Shown in pieces: positions 32,809 through 44,236 of a DNA stretch of 49,700 nt. How positions within the stretch are numbered: position 1 is the stretch's first letter; every line of letters begins with the position of its first letter. This DNA is from Escherichia coli. Lineage in GTDB: Bacteria; Pseudomonadota; Gammaproteobacteria; Enterobacterales; Enterobacteriaceae. The position numbers were made by a program, and so were the translations under genes. The stretch lies in the NCBI RefSeq assembly GCF_003334255.1, contig NZ_QOWU01000038.1; one strand, given 5' to 3'. The notes under the pieces are model-generated. The model was not told the DNA's origin. It did not search any database and saw nothing but the letters and a program-made list of their open reading frames with translations.

Positions 32809-33354
32809 ATGAAAACGATTGAAGTTGATGATGAACTCTACAGCTATATTGCCAGCCACACTAAGCATATCGGCGAGAGCGCATCCGACATTTTACGGCG
32901 TATGTTGAAATTTTCCGCCGCATCACAGCCTGCTGCTCCGGTGACGAAAGAGGTTCGCGTTGCGTCACCTGCTATCGTCGAAGCGAAGCCGGTCAAAACG
33001 ATTAAAGACAAGGTTCGCGCAATGCGTGAACTTCTGCTTTCGGATGAATACGCAGAGCAAAAGCGAGCGGTCAATCGCTTTATGCTGCTGTTGTCTACAC
33101 TATATTCTCTTGACGCCCAGGCGTTTGCCGAAGCAACGGAATCGTTGCACGGTCGTACACGCGTTTACTTTGCGGCAGATGAACAAACGCTGCTGAAAAA
33201 TGGTAATCAGACCAAGCCGAAACATGTGCCAGGCACGCCGTATTGGGTGATCACCAACACCAACACCGGCCGTAAATGCAGCATGATCGAACACATCATG
33301 CAGTCGATGCAATTCCCGGCGGAATTGATTGAGAAGGTTTGCGGAACTATCTAA
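32809..33354 (+). CDS. seqA: Replication-origin sequestration protein
   Basis: 181 aa from [33 protein letters not shown]; the track ORF begins 45 codons upstream. Confidence 0.9.
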
Positions 33355-33379
33355 AACGTTGCAGACAAAGGACAAAGCA

Positions 33380-35020
33380 ATGGCAATCCACAATCGTGCA
33401 GGCCAACCTGCACAACAGAGTGATTTGATTAACGTCGCCCAACTGACGGCGCAATATTATGTACTGAAACCAGAAGCAGGGAATGCGGAGCACGCGGTGA
33501 AATTCGGTACTTCCGGTCACCGTGGCAGTGCAGCGCGCCACAGCTTTAACGAGCCGCACATTCTGGCGATCGCTCAGGCAATTGCTGAAGAACGTGCGAA
33601 AAACGGCATCACTGGCCCTTGCTATGTGGGTAAAGATACTCACGCCCTGTCCGAACCTGCATTCATTTCCGTTCTGGAAGTGCTGGCAGCGAACGGCGTT
33701 GATGTCATTGTGCAGGAAAACAATGGCTTCACCCCGACGCCTGCCGTTTCCAATGCCATCCTGGTTCACAATAAAAAAGGTGGCCCGCTGGCAGACGGTA
33801 TCGTGATTACACCGTCCCATAACCCGCCGGAAGATGGTGGAATCAAATACAATCCGCCAAATGGTGGCCCGGCTGATACCAACGTCACTAAAGTGGTGGA
33901 AGACAGGGCCAACGCACTGCTGGCCGATGGCCTGAAAGGCGTGAAGCGTATCTCCCTCGACGAAGCGATGGCATCCGGTCATGTGAAAGAGCAGGATCTG
34001 GTGCAGCCGTTCGTGGAAGGTCTGGCCGATATCGTTGATATGGCCGCGATTCAGAAAGCGGGCCTGACGCTGGGCGTTGATCCGCTGGGCGGTTCCGGTA
34101 TCGAATACTGGAAGCGTATTGGCGAGTATTACAACCTCAACCTGACTATCGTTAACGATCAGGTCGATCAAACCTTCCGCTTTATGCACCTTGATAAAGA
34201 CGGCGCGATCCGTATGGACTGCTCCTCCGAGTGTGCGATGGCGGGCCTGCTGGCACTGCGTGATAAGTTCGATCTGGCGTTTGCTAACGACCCGGATTAT
34301 GACCGTCACGGTATCGTCACTCCGGCAGGTTTGATGAATCCGAACCACTACCTGGCGGTGGCAATCAATTACCTGTTCCAGCATCGTCCGCAGTGGGGCA
34401 AAGATGTTGCCGTCGGTAAAACGCTGGTTTCATCTGCGATGATCGACCGTGTGGTCAACGACTTGGGCCGTAAACTGGTAGAAGTCCCGGTAGGTTTCAA
34501 ATGGTTTGTCGATGGTCTGTTCGACGGCAGCTTCGGCTTTGGCGGCGAAGAGAGTGCAGGGGCTTCCTTCCTGCGTTTCGACGGCACGCCGTGGTCCACC
34601 GACAAAGACGGCATCATCATGTGTCTGCTGGCGGCGGAAATCACCGCTGTCACCGGTAAGAACCCGCAGGAACACTACAACGAACTGGCAAAACGCTTTG
34701 GTGCGCCGAGCTACAACCGTTTGCAGGCAGCTGCGACTTCCGCACAAAAAGCGGCGCTGTCTAAGCTCTCTCCGGAAATGGTGAGCGCCAGCACCCTGGC
34801 AGGTGACCCGATCACCGCGCGCCTGACTGCTGCTCCGGGCAACGGTGCTTCTATTGGCGGTCTGAAAGTGATGACTGACAACGGCTGGTTCGCCGCGCGT
34901 CCGTCAGGCACGGAAGAAGCATATAAGATCTACTGCGAAAGCTTCCTCGGTGAAGAACATCGCAAGCAGATTGAGAAAGAAGCGGTTGAGATTGTTAGCG
35001 AAGTTCTGAAAAACGCGTAA
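33380..35020 (+). CDS. pgm: Phosphoglucomutase
   Basis: 546 aa from [10 protein letters not shown]..; catalytic serine loop TPSHNP; GGEESAG motif. Confidence 0.9.
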   Translation: MAIHNRAGQPAQQSDLINVAQLTAQYYVLKPEAGNAEHAVKFGTSGHRGSAARHSFNEPHILAIAQAIAEERAKNGITGPCYVGKDTHALSEPAFISVLEVLAANGVDVIVQENNGFTPTPAVSNAILVHNKKGGPLADGIVITPSHNPPEDGGIKYNPPNGGPADTNVTKVVEDRANALLADGLKGVKRISLDEAMASGHVKEQDLVQPFVEGLADIVDMAAIQKAGLTLGVDPLGGSGIEYWKRIGEYYNLNLTIVNDQVDQTFRFMHLDKDGAIRMDCSSECAMAGLLALRDKFDLAFANDPDYDRHGIVTPAGLMNPNHYLAVAINYLFQHRPQWGKDVAVGKTLVSSAMIDRVVNDLGRKLVEVPVGFKWFVDGLFDGSFGFGGEESAGASFLRFDGTPWSTDKDGIIMCLLAAEITAVTGKNPQEHYNELAKRFGAPSYNRLQAAATSAQKAALSKLSPEMVSASTLAGDPITARLTAAPGNGASIGGLKVMTDNGWFAARPSGTEEAYKIYCESFLGEEHRKQIEKEAVEIVSEVLKNA

Positions 35021-35032
35021 ACACATTTAATA

Positions 35033-35066
35033 AAAAAAGGGCGGTCGCAAGATCGCCCTTTTTTAC
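35033..35066 (+). terminator. Intrinsic terminator after pgm
   Basis: aaaaaa-gggcggtc-gcaa-gatcgccc-tttttt. Confidence 0.7.
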
Positions 35067-35084
35067 GTATGACAAACACAGAAT

Positions 35085-35215
35085 TGCCTGATGCGCTACG
35101 CTTATCAGGCCTACGAGGATGGTGCAATATATTGAATTTAAGCGATTTTGTAGGCCGGATAAGGCGTTCACGCCGCATCCGGCAAAAACAACGAACACTT
35201 TGTCAACAAACTGAG
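35085..35215. repeat. BIME/REP cluster
   Basis: gcctgatgcgctacgcttatcaggcctac ... gtaggccggataaggcgttcacgccgcatccggca. Confidence 0.7.
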
Positions 35216-35233
35216 TAGCTCAAGGAAATCCCA

Positions 35234-35728
35234 ATGAAGACCAACAGGAGTCTGGTCGTCATAGTGTCACTAATTACCGCCACATTACTGCTGACTGCAT
35301 GCGCCCAACCTGAACAATCATCATTAGCTGGCGACTGGTTACTGACCCCTAAAGATAAAACCAGAGGATTAACGGGTAGCATTGCGGTAAATATTGCACC
35401 TTTCCGGTGTAAGACAAATTGCCGTGGTGATAACTTACCTGATAATACCCGCCGCTGGCAGTTGTCAGGCGGGAACGAAAAAGAACTTACTTATCTTCAT
35501 AATATGTCAGCACAAGAAAAGGTCGGTTTAAATCCCGGTTGGCAATGCTACACCTCATTTTTTATGCGGGTTTGCCAGGGCAAGCCCGGCACTCGACCGA
35601 TAGTCAATGAGGATTATGTCAGCGAAAGCGGATTTTTTGGCTCGATGATGCATGTCGGGATTATTGAGTTACGACGCTGCCAGTCAGAAAATTGCCAGCA
35701 AGAATTGAAAGCGATAAATACACATTAA
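35234..35728 (+). CDS. ybfP: Small lipoprotein
   Basis: 164 aa; signal peptide with lipobox LTAC. Confidence 0.7.
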   Translation: MKTNRSLVVIVSLITATLLLTACAQPEQSSLAGDWLLTPKDKTRGLTGSIAVNIAPFRCKTNCRGDNLPDNTRRWQLSGGNEKELTYLHNMSAQEKVGLNPGWQCYTSFFMRVCQGKPGTRPIVNEDYVSESGFFGSMMHVGIIELRRCQSENCQQELKAINTH

Positions 35729-35768
35729 AATAGTGAGTCCGGGAATGAAACCCGGACCTGAACATGTC

Positions 35769-36419
35769 TTATTGCGTGAATGTTTCTTTCATTTGATACT
35801 GCATTTCCCAGAGTTCAGTAAGCGAAATAACTTTTCTTGTTCTTGCTTCTTCACTTTGTACCCATAAGAAAGGGTAGAACGTGAAGGCTTCCGTTGCCGA
35901 TAATTTTATTACGTCTTCTCGCCATTGCTGCCATCGTACATTTTCATAGAAGGTATCTAAATCACCGGATAATGCCCACTGAAGAAACTCAGAATATCCA
36001 ACTTCCAGACTTTCCCAATTCAGCGTATCTGGCGCAAAATAATAAACGCAGCCAGTATCTTCCCCAAGATCGCCACCATTAAGAGCAAAAATTCCCCCTG
36101 CGACATCGTCAGCGATGGGTAAAGCCCGCACGCCTGCGAATTCAGGGCGTTGTGTCCAACTTACTGGATCTCGTGGCAACCGGGGGTGACCAGATCCTGC
36201 TATGCGTAACCAACCATTATCAATCAGCAGACCTCCGGAGCCATAGACAAGCGCACCCATCGGTGATTTTGTTGTCACCTCTAATTGATAAAGTGCGGTT
36301 TCGGCTAAATCTTTATTAACCGGTAAGAGTTCGGTATGGTTTGTGGCGTCTTTTAACCAGTTCTGGATTATTGGCCAGGCTGAATCTTCAGTATTTACTA
36401 ACTGATTCATTTCACGCAT
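35769..36419 (-). CDS. ybfG: Conserved hypothetical protein
   Basis: 216 aa from ATG 36419 (MREMNQLVN..) with AAGGAG upstream; the track ORF adds 36 codons. The symbol is from position only. Confidence 0.5.
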   Translation of the reverse strand: MREMNQLVNTEDSAWPIIQNWLKDATNHTELLPVNKDLAETALYQLEVTTKSPMGALVYGSGGLLIDNGWLRIAGSGHPRLPRDPVSWTQRPEFAGVRALPIADDVAGGIFALNGGDLGEDTGCVYYFAPDTLNWESLEVGYSEFLQWALSGDLDTFYENVRWQQWREDVIKLSATEAFTFYPFLWVQSEEARTRKVISLTELWEMQYQMKETFTQ

Positions 36420-36542
36420 CGCTACTTGCTCCTTGTGTGCTACGGTGTCATTTATGATGAGGAATTGTATGGAACATTTTTTAAATATTAAGTTCCTTAT
36501 ATTTGAATAAAAAATGACTTTATCCATACATTGCCACTTTTT

Positions 36543-36681
36543 TCAAAGCATAAACCGATACCCAATACCGGTTTCAGTAATAAAATGGCGAGGCCGGGCC
36601 GGATCCTGTTCCAGTTTTTGTCGCAGATGCCCCATATAATTACGCAAATAGTTGCTGTGTTCGATCGCGTTTAGACCCTAC
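36543..36681 (-). pseudogene. ybfI: Fragment of a response-regulator gene: paralogous copy of the kdpE 3' end (last ~45 codons plus stop)
   Basis: About 90% nucleotide identity by eye with 40878-41016; it translates in frame to ..NAIEHSNYLRNYMGHLRQKLEQDPARPRHFITETGIGYRFML*, against the KdpE C-terminus ..NAVEHSHYLRIYMGHLRQKLEQDPARPRHFITETGIGYRFML*. No start codon or N-terminal receiver domain. Confidence 0.8.
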
Positions 36682-36727
36682 ATCTGCCGGATGCGGCATA
36701 AATAACGAACTATTTGCCAACAAACAG

Positions 36728-36756
36728 AAAGGGCGATCATTCAATCGCCCTTTTTT
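36728..36756. terminator. Hairpin terminator downstream of potE
   Basis: aaa-gggcgat-cattca-atcgccc-tttttt; REP-like gccggatgcggc just upstream. Confidence 0.55.
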
Positions 36757-36767
36757 ACTTTGTTTTA

Positions 36768-38087
36768 TTAACCGTGTTTATTTTTCAGTTCAAAGCGTGG
36801 TGATACCAGACCATACAGTGTCCAACCAAGGAAGGTCACGATGGAACCGTACAGCATGGCTTCTTCCCCGGATGAGTACAGCGCATAAAAGCTATACATC
36901 GCGCCAACAAAAGCAACAAAGTTTGCAACTTTCGCTTTTGAGGGGGGCACATTAGCTACCTTCTGAATAATGACTAATGCCGCCATTGACAGAATATACG
37001 GAATGATATTGGTCACCACGGCCAGGTTAACCAGCACGTTGAACTGACTGTTTAGCGACGGGCTAATGGTCATCAGTGCCAATCCACTCTGAATAATCAC
37101 AATGGTCAACATTCCCTGCACCGGTGCATCCACTTTGGTTACACGGGAGAAAATTTTAGGGAAGTAGCCTTCATCAGATGAAGATTTAAACACCTGGGCA
37201 ATGGTGAACTGCCAGCCAAGTAGCGAACCGCAGCAGGACATCACCATCAGCGCCATAATGACTTTACCCACTTCCGGCGTGAACATCTGCGCGAAGGCCA
37301 GACCAAATGGTGCCGTTGAATTTGCCAGCTCCATATTTGGCACAATCCCGGCAATCACGTTGGTGGAGACGATATAAATCACCGCCGCACCTAACGTACC
37401 GCCGAGTACCGCGATTGGCACATTACGTTCCGGGTTTTCCACTACATCAGTATTCGCACACGCAGACTCCAGACCAAGAAAAGCCCACAGCGTCATAGCG
37501 ATGGAAGAACCTACCGCACTGAAGAACGGTGCATGATGCGGATTCCAGGAATCAACGTACAGCGTCGGGCTAAACCAGAACCAGCCAATAATGCACAGAC
37601 CGACGACCGGAATAATGACCCCCCACACGGTAATGCTACTGATTTGCCCGGTAATGCGCGCACCACCAAAGTTAGCCACGGTACAAATCCACAGCACCCC
37701 GATGGTCGCAAGACCAATCTGCACTGGCGACAAACTCGCGCCGAGCAGTTCGGTGCCGTAACCAACCGCCGAAATAGCAATCGCGACGTTAGCAATCAGC
37801 AGTGAGACGCCGTAGGTATAGTTCGCCATAAAGTTACCGGATTTACCGAAAGCATACTCGGCATAACCGCCCATACCGCCTGATTTACGGCTGAACATAC
37901 CGCATTTTGCGAATGCCCATGCCAGTGCCATTGAGCCTACGGCTGTCACCAGCCAGGAGATAATTGAGATTGTCCCGACTTCGGCAAGCTTTGTCGGCAG
38001 CATGATGATACCGGAGCCCATCATGTTGACCATCGTCAGTATGGTTAACTGAACGACGCCCATTTTGTTCGATTTAGCCTGACTCAT
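36768..38087 (-). CDS. potE: Putrescine-ornithine antiporter (APC family)
   Basis: 439-aa polytopic membrane protein; start overlaps the speF stop. Confidence 0.9.
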   Translation of the reverse strand: MSQAKSNKMGVVQLTILTMVNMMGSGIIMLPTKLAEVGTISIISWLVTAVGSMALAWAFAKCGMFSRKSGGMGGYAEYAFGKSGNFMANYTYGVSLLIANVAIAISAVGYGTELLGASLSPVQIGLATIGVLWICTVANFGGARITGQISSITVWGVIIPVVGLCIIGWFWFSPTLYVDSWNPHHAPFFSAVGSSIAMTLWAFLGLESACANTDVVENPERNVPIAVLGGTLGAAVIYIVSTNVIAGIVPNMELANSTAPFGLAFAQMFTPEVGKVIMALMVMSCCGSLLGWQFTIAQVFKSSSDEGYFPKIFSRVTKVDAPVQGMLTIVIIQSGLALMTISPSLNSQFNVLVNLAVVTNIIPYILSMAALVIIQKVANVPPSKAKVANFVAFVGAMYSFYALYSSGEEAMLYGSIVTFLGWTLYGLVSPRFELKNKHG

Positions 38088-40282
38088 AATTTTTCCCCTT
38101 TCAACAGGGTGCTTTGCGCATCACGAGGCTTGATGACATAGCACCAAACTTGCTTACGACCATCATGTTCTTCGATATAGACACCCTGCAGCTCCGGTGC
38201 AAAACCTGGCAGCAGGTTGATCCCTTCTTCCAGAGCGCTGAAGTAACGCAGAACAGCACCACCCCAGATTTCACCCGGAACAACACACAGCACACCCGGA
38301 GGATAAGGAAGCGCACCTTCGGCAGCGATACGGCCTTCTGCATCCGGCAGACGAACCAGTTCCACTTCACCGCGTAAATAGGCGTAGTTGGCTTCTTGCG
38401 GATTCATGCTGACGCGTGGGAAGTGCTCCTTACGGAACATCTCTTTTTGCAGTTGTTTCACGTTGTGGCGGGCATACAAATCATGCATTTCCTGACACAA
38501 CTGACGCAGGGTATAACCGGCGTAGCGCTCTTCATGCTGTTTGTAGATGGAAGGTAGCACTTCTGCTAATGGCGCGTCGGACTCAAGCAGTTTTTCGAAG
38601 CGTACCAGCAGGGCAACAAGTTGCTGAAGTTTGGCCATATCTTCTGCCGGAGTCAGCAGGAAGAGGATGGAGTTAAGATCGCATTTTTCCGGCACTACGC
38701 CATTTTCGCGCAGGAAGTTAGCAAGAATCGTCGCGGGTACACCGAACGCTTCATATTCGCCGTTACGTGCATCAATACCTGGGGTTGTCAGCAACAGTTT
38801 GCATGGATCGACAAAGTATTGATTCTCTGCATAGCCTTCAAAAGAATGCCAGTGTTCCCCTGGTACAAACTGGAAGAAGCGCAGATCAACCGCAATTTGC
38901 GCTGTTTCATACGACTGCCAGGGTTTACCATCCACCAGTTCAGGTACGAACGGACGAATATGCTGACAGTTATCGAGGATCAGTTTGCGGGCATTAATGC
39001 CATTTACCACACAATCCATCCACATATTACGACCGCTGACACCTTCATGCATTTTGGCGTTGATATCCAGTGCGGCAAACAGCGGATAGAACGGGCTGGT
39101 GGAGGCGTGCATCATAAAGGCGTTGTTCATGCGTTTGTGCGGTACATAACGCTGTTGCCCTTTGATGTGGCTGTCTTTTTTATGAATTTGTGAAGTCTGA
39201 GAAAAACCAGCCTGTTGTTTATGCACAGATTGCGTAACCAGAATACCCGGATCGTTCTCATTAAGATCCAGCAACAGCGGCGAACAGTCCGCCATCATCG
39301 GAATAAACTGTTCATAGCCGACCCATGCTGAGTCAAACAGGATGTAGTCACACAGATGACCAATTTTATCCACCACTTGGCGGGCGTTATAAATCGTACC
39401 GTCGTAGGTGCCTAACTGAATCACAGCGAGGCGGAAAGGACGAGCCTCTTTTGCCCGCTGCGGTGCGACTTCCGCGATCAGCTCACGCAGGTAACTTTCT
39501 TCAAAACAGTGCGCATCAATGCCACCGATAAAGCCATACGGGTTACGTGCCGTTTCCAGATAAACCGGTGTTGCACCAGCCTGTAGCAACGCTCCGTGGT
39601 GGTTAGATTTGTGGTTATTGCGATCAAACAGCACCAGATCACCCGGTGTTAGCAGGGCGTTTAAAACCACTTTGTTAGAAGATGAAGTGCCATTTAAAAC
39701 GAAGTAGGTTTTATCGGCATTAAACACTTTTGCCGCATGTTGCTGTGCAATGCATGGCGCGCCTTCGTGAATCAGCAGATCGCCCATCGCTACGTCGGCG
39801 TTGCACAAGTCGGCACGGAACAGCGCCTCACCAAAGTATTCCACAAACTGATTCCCCGCCGGATGGCGACGGAAAAATTCGCCGCCCTGATGACCAGGGC
39901 AATCAAACGCGCTGTTACCTTGATTGACATAATCGACCAGTGCGCGGAAGAAAGGTGGGCGCAGTTGAGTTTCATAATGGCTGGCAGCGGTTTCTAACTG
40001 GCGACCATAAAATTCTCGTCGCGATTCGCAATTCTCAAAGACACCCGAAATACGGGGCAAATACTCTGCGGGTACACGTTCTTGATTTTCAGTAGCAATA
40101 AATACCGGGATGCCATAACCCGTGGCATCGATTTCATCGAGTTTTCCGCATGTAACATCGTTGAGCGATAAAACTATTGCCGCCACATCGATATTACGAC
40201 TTTCATTAATGTAGATACATTCTCGCTGCGTGGTAAAACAGTCCGGGCAAGAATCACTAACCGCAATTTTTAATTTTGACAT
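38084..40282 (-). CDS. speF: Inducible ornithine decarboxylase (PLP-dependent)
   Basis: 732 aa; fold-type I PLP decarboxylase with N-terminal wing domain. Confidence 0.9.
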   Translation of the reverse strand: MSKLKIAVSDSCPDCFTTQRECIYINESRNIDVAAIVLSLNDVTCGKLDEIDATGYGIPVFIATENQERVPAEYLPRISGVFENCESRREFYGRQLETAASHYETQLRPPFFRALVDYVNQGNSAFDCPGHQGGEFFRRHPAGNQFVEYFGEALFRADLCNADVAMGDLLIHEGAPCIAQQHAAKVFNADKTYFVLNGTSSSNKVVLNALLTPGDLVLFDRNNHKSNHHGALLQAGATPVYLETARNPYGFIGGIDAHCFEESYLRELIAEVAPQRAKEARPFRLAVIQLGTYDGTIYNARQVVDKIGHLCDYILFDSAWVGYEQFIPMMADCSPLLLDLNENDPGILVTQSVHKQQAGFSQTSQIHKKDSHIKGQQRYVPHKRMNNAFMMHASTSPFYPLFAALDINAKMHEGVSGRNMWMDCVVNGINARKLILDNCQHIRPFVPELVDGKPWQSYETAQIAVDLRFFQFVPGEHWHSFEGYAENQYFVDPCKLLLTTPGIDARNGEYEAFGVPATILANFLRENGVVPEKCDLNSILFLLTPAEDMAKLQQLVALLVRFEKLLESDAPLAEVLPSIYKQHEERYAGYTLRQLCQEMHDLYARHNVKQLQKEMFRKEHFPRVSMNPQEANYAYLRGEVELVRLPDAEGRIAAEGALPYPPGVLCVVPGEIWGGAVLRYFSALEEGINLLPGFAPELQGVYIEEHDGRKQVWCYVIKPRDAQSTLLKGEKL

Positions 40283-40539
40283 TTTTCATCTCTTTATTTT
40301 AGGTAATAGCAGGTCCTCAATTTCTCGAATGAGAAATCGATCGTGCCGGAAAAAAGCAAAGTTACCCCGCTGATAAATAAATCAGGTAGATTGCTTTTTT
40401 CAGAATGCAGAAACCCTTACCAGTCAGGTGGCTGATAATACAAGGGTTAACAGAGAATGAGCACTGCGGAATACAGGCATATGCCTGTAATACAGAGAGT
40501 CAGGAAGACCTGTACGCTGAAGTGCCCTTAGTCGGTAGA

Positions 40540-40644
40540 CTAACGGGCATTGAAGAAGTGAAAGTCGAAGCTATTGCGATGAGCAAACTTCATAATATGA
40601 GTTGTCCGCCTTATATGGGGCATAGTGCGGCTGTTATTTTCCAT
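40540..40644 (-). CDS. speFL: Ornithine-sensing leader peptide of the speF operon
   Basis: 34-codon ORF MENNSRTMPHIRRTTHIMKFAHRNSFDFHFFNAR*, not in the ORF track, in the AT-rich leader about 260 nt upstream of speF. Confidence 0.8.
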   Translation of the reverse strand: MENNSRTMPHIRRTTHIMKFAHRNSFDFHFFNAR

Positions 40645-40812
40645 TTAATTTACCTTTCCTGATGTGAATGAAGGTGAAGATATTCTATCCAGGAAATACG
40701 GTTGAACTGTGAAGGTGATCAATAAAAAATGATCAATCTTAATTTATTTAATGATGAGCTTTTTACTCAGTAATATAAAATATTGAATTGTTATTTTTGT
40801 GTGTTGTTTAAG

Positions 40813-40842
40813 ATAAAAAGCCGTATTTATTATTACGGCTTT
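40813..40842 (-). terminator. Intrinsic terminator after kdpE
   Basis: Minus strand: aaagccgta-ataataaa-tacggct-ttttatctt. Confidence 0.65.
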
Positions 40843-40877
40843 AATTAATAAAAGGCAGGCTGTATTAAAATTAATAT

Positions 40878-41555
40878 TCAAAGCATAAACCGATAGCCAA
40901 TACCGGTTTCAGTAATGAAATGGCGTGGGCGGGCGGGATCCTGTTCCAGTTTTTGTCGCAGATGTCCCATATAAATACGCAAATAGTGACTGTGTTCGAC
41001 CGCGTTTGGCCCCCACACCTGGTTAAGGAGCTGGCGCTGGGTGAGTACTTTTCCGGCATTGTTGAGCAGCACCGCCAGCAGGCGGAACTCAATTGGTGTG
41101 AGATGCACCTCTTCCTCACCCCGGTGAATCACGCGGGCGGCTAAATCGACGGTAACATCGGAAAATTTTACCAGCGGATCGGGCGCGGTGGTGGCAGAGT
41201 GGCGGCGTAATGCGACGCGCAGACGGGCCTGCAATTCGCCAATGCCAAACGGCTTACTCAGATAATCATCCGCTCCGGCATCCAGCGCGGCGATTTTGTC
41301 GCTCTCTTCGCTGCGTGCGGAAAGCACAATCACCGGCACCGCGCTCCACTGGCGCAGGTCGCGGATAAACTCAATCCCATCACCATCGGGCAGGCCGAGA
41401 TCGAGAATAATCAAATCTGGCTTACGGGTTGCCGCTTCCAGCAAGCCGCGTTGCAGCGTTTCGGCCTCAAAGACGCGCATCCCGTCGCCCTCCAGCGCCG
41501 TGCGCAGAAAGCGACGAATAGCCTGTTCATCTTCAACAATCAGAACGTTTGTCAC
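40878..41555 (-). CDS. kdpE: OmpR-family response regulator of the kdp operon
   Basis: 225 aa; receiver domain (LIILDLGLPDGDG) plus winged-helix; GTG start 41555-41553 overlaps the kdpD stop (ATGTGA). Confidence 0.9.
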   Translation of the reverse strand: MTNVLIVEDEQAIRRFLRTALEGDGMRVFEAETLQRGLLEAATRKPDLIILDLGLPDGDGIEFIRDLRQWSAVPVIVLSARSEESDKIAALDAGADDYLSKPFGIGELQARLRVALRRHSATTAPDPLVKFSDVTVDLAARVIHRGEEEVHLTPIEFRLLAVLLNNAGKVLTQRQLLNQVWGPNAVEHSHYLRIYMGHLRQKLEQDPARPRHFITETGIGYRFML

Positions 41556-44236
41556 ATATCCTCATGAAATTCTTCAAGTTCAGGGGCAGTTTGCTGGGGA
41601 AGTGTAACACGAAAACAGGCACCACCTTCCGGTCGGTTGAACGCGGTAATAGTGCCCCCGTGTACATCCACTATCGCCCGACAAATTGCCAGTCCAAGCC
41701 CTACCCCCGGTACTGCCGACTCTTTATTCCCGCGAGCAAACTTATCAAATATCGTCTGCTCCTGGCCTGGCGGAAGACCGGGGCCGTTATCCCAGACATC
41801 CAGTTGTAGATTTTCGCCCTCAACGTGGGCATCGATACCAATTTCGGCCTGCGCACCCGCATATTTCACCGCGTTCTCCAGCAGATTAATCAGCACCCGT
41901 TCAAAGAGTGGCCCGTCAACGTGGATTAAGGTCAGCGGTTCTGGCAGAGAAAGATTGATGGGCGACGATAAACCCGGTTCCAGCATTTGCAGCGCGCTGC
42001 CGACTACTTCTTCCAGCGTTAACCACTCTTTCTTCAAATTAAAGCCGCCGGACTGAATTCGCGCCATATCCAGTAGATTATTCACCAGTCGGGTAGTGTT
42101 CAGCACATGCTGACGGATCTCGCTGGCCTGGCGGGCGTGGGGTGATCCTTCGCTTGCCAGATCGAGCGTTAAGATTTCTGCCTGACCAAACAGCACCGTA
42201 AGCGGCGTGCGTAAATCATGCGAAAGCGCCGCCAGCAGGGCGTTGCGGATCTGTTCACGTTCGCTTGCCATCCGCGCCTGTTCTTCGCTGGCGGTTAGCG
42301 TCAGCCGCTCAAGGGCATTGGCGACTAACAGCGTAAACGTCTCCAGCAGGCGCTGCTGTTCCGGGATCATCAACTGGCGCAGATTCCCCGGCTCCACCAC
42401 CACCAGCCCGTAGGTTTTCTCGCCGCTTTTTAGCGGCAAAATCTGGTACGGTACACCGGGTAACGTGTCGGTGCCCGCGCCCGCAGGCAGGCCTTTATCA
42501 AAACTCCACTGCGCGATGGCATCGTCCCACGGCGTCATTCCTTGCGGATGTGTTAACGGCTGCAATTTACCGTTGTCATCGGGCAACAACACCTGACTGC
42601 GGGCATGAAACGTGGAGGCAATAAATTGTTCGCTGGTGGCAGCGATATCCTGCGGACTGCGGCCCACCGCCAGAGCTTTCGACATTTCATATAAGTGCCG
42701 TGTGCGTTGCTCGCGGTAACGGGCTACCCGCGCCTGATAACGCACGCCAGCAGTAAGGTTCCCGATCACCAGCCCGACGGTTAACATCACCGCGAAGGTC
42801 AGCAGATATTGCACATCAGAGACGGCGAGCGTGCCGCGTGGGGCGATAAAAAAGAGATCGAAACTCACTACATTAATGACGGTGGCAACCACTGAAGGCC
42901 AGCGTCCATAAAATAGCGCCACCACCACCACGCCAAGCAGATACAGCATCACCAGGTTGGCGGCATCAAACGCCATCAGCCACTGCATGGCAATTAAGGT
43001 GATAACGGCGCATAACGCGGCGGCAACCACGCATCCCTGAATTTGTACACGCCACTTGTCTTTAAAAGAGCGGTTATCCGGCGCGTTGTTAATCGTGCGG
43101 GCGGGTGGTTCATCAAGCGCGACCAGCACCTGATCGAGATCGGGGGCGATGCGCGCCAGTCGGTCAGCAAACGTTTCCCGACGCCACCAGCGGCGCGAGG
43201 CCGGGCGACCGAGAATAATCTTGCCGAGATTATGTTCACGGGCATAACGCACTACCGCTTTCTCTTCCGCTGGATCAGAAAGTGTTGCCGTCTCCGCGCC
43301 CAGTTCCTGCGCCAGACGTAAGGCGCTGAGAATTGCCCGACGTTTTTTTTCCGGTAAGCGGTGCAGGGCAGGGGTTTCAACATACACCGCGTGCCAGACG
43401 CTACCCAGCCGTGACTCCAGCCGCGCCGCTGCGCGGACCAGTTTTTCGCTGCCGGTGTTATGGCCGATGCATAAAAGGATCGCGTCGCGCGTGTGCCACA
43501 CTTTCTCTTCGCCAGGATGCCCCCGCCAGGCGCGCATTTGCTCATCAACGCGATCGGCAGTACGGCGCAGTGCCAGTTCGCGCAGGGCGATCAGATTACC
43601 TTTGCGGAAAAAATGTTCAATGGCGCGCTCCGCCTGCCCGGCAATATAGACTTTGCCTTCTTTCAGCCGCTGGCGCAGATCGTCCGGGGGCAAGTCCACC
43701 AGCACCACGTCGTCGGCGGCATCGAAAAAAGGATCGGGCACGGTTTCCCGTACCTGAATTCCGGTGACGCCGCTGACCACATCATTCAGACTTTCCAGAT
43801 GCTGAACGTTGACGGTAGTGAAAACATCAATGCCAGCTTCCAGCAGTTCTTCGATATCCTGCCAGCGTTTGGGATGACGGGAACCTGGCGCATTACTGTG
43901 CGCCAGTTCGTCCATTAAGATCAGCGCCGGGCGGCGGGCGAGGGCGGCATCGAGATCAAACTCGCTGATATGCCGCCCACGGTACGCCTGGCGTTTTAAC
44001 GGCAGAACAGCCAGCCCTTCCAGCATGGCGGCGGTATCTTTTCGCCCGTGGGTTTCTACCACGCCAACCACAATATCCAGCCCTTGCGCCCGCAGTCGCT
44101 GGGCTTCTGCCAGCATCGCCCAGGTCTTCCCGACGCCTGCACAGGCACCGAAGAAAACTTTCAGCTTCCCCCGATGCGGCGCGGCAGTTTGTTCCAGCAG
44201 ACGATCGGGGTCGGGACGTAAGGGTTCGTTATTCAT
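41552..44236 (-). CDS. kdpD: Sensor histidine kinase KdpD
   Basis: Start refined to ATG 44236 ([16 protein letters not shown].., 894 aa); N-terminal KdpD domain with Walker [10 protein letters not shown], four TM helices, H-box LSHDLRTPL, HATPase_c. Confidence 0.9.
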   Translation of the reverse strand: MNNEPLRPDPDRLLEQTAAPHRGKLKVFFGACAGVGKTWAMLAEAQRLRAQGLDIVVGVVETHGRKDTAAMLEGLAVLPLKRQAYRGRHISEFDLDAALARRPALILMDELAHSNAPGSRHPKRWQDIEELLEAGIDVFTTVNVQHLESLNDVVSGVTGIQVRETVPDPFFDAADDVVLVDLPPDDLRQRLKEGKVYIAGQAERAIEHFFRKGNLIALRELALRRTADRVDEQMRAWRGHPGEEKVWHTRDAILLCIGHNTGSEKLVRAAARLESRLGSVWHAVYVETPALHRLPEKKRRAILSALRLAQELGAETATLSDPAEEKAVVRYAREHNLGKIILGRPASRRWWRRETFADRLARIAPDLDQVLVALDEPPARTINNAPDNRSFKDKWRVQIQGCVVAAALCAVITLIAMQWLMAFDAANLVMLYLLGVVVVALFYGRWPSVVATVINVVSFDLFFIAPRGTLAVSDVQYLLTFAVMLTVGLVIGNLTAGVRYQARVARYREQRTRHLYEMSKALAVGRSPQDIAATSEQFIASTFHARSQVLLPDDNGKLQPLTHPQGMTPWDDAIAQWSFDKGLPAGAGTDTLPGVPYQILPLKSGEKTYGLVVVEPGNLRQLMIPEQQRLLETFTLLVANALERLTLTASEEQARMASEREQIRNALLAALSHDLRTPLTVLFGQAEILTLDLASEGSPHARQASEIRQHVLNTTRLVNNLLDMARIQSGGFNLKKEWLTLEEVVGSALQMLEPGLSSPINLSLPEPLTLIHVDGPLFERVLINLLENAVKYAGAQAEIGIDAHVEGENLQLDVWDNGPGLPPGQEQTIFDKFARGNKESAVPGVGLGLAICRAIVDVHGGTITAFNRPEGGACFRVTLPQQTAPELEEFHEDM

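Noticed and set aside
33347-34384. 345-aa ORF on the minus strand
   Set aside because: Antisense to pgm, which carries clear phosphoglucomutase motifs; a shadow ORF.
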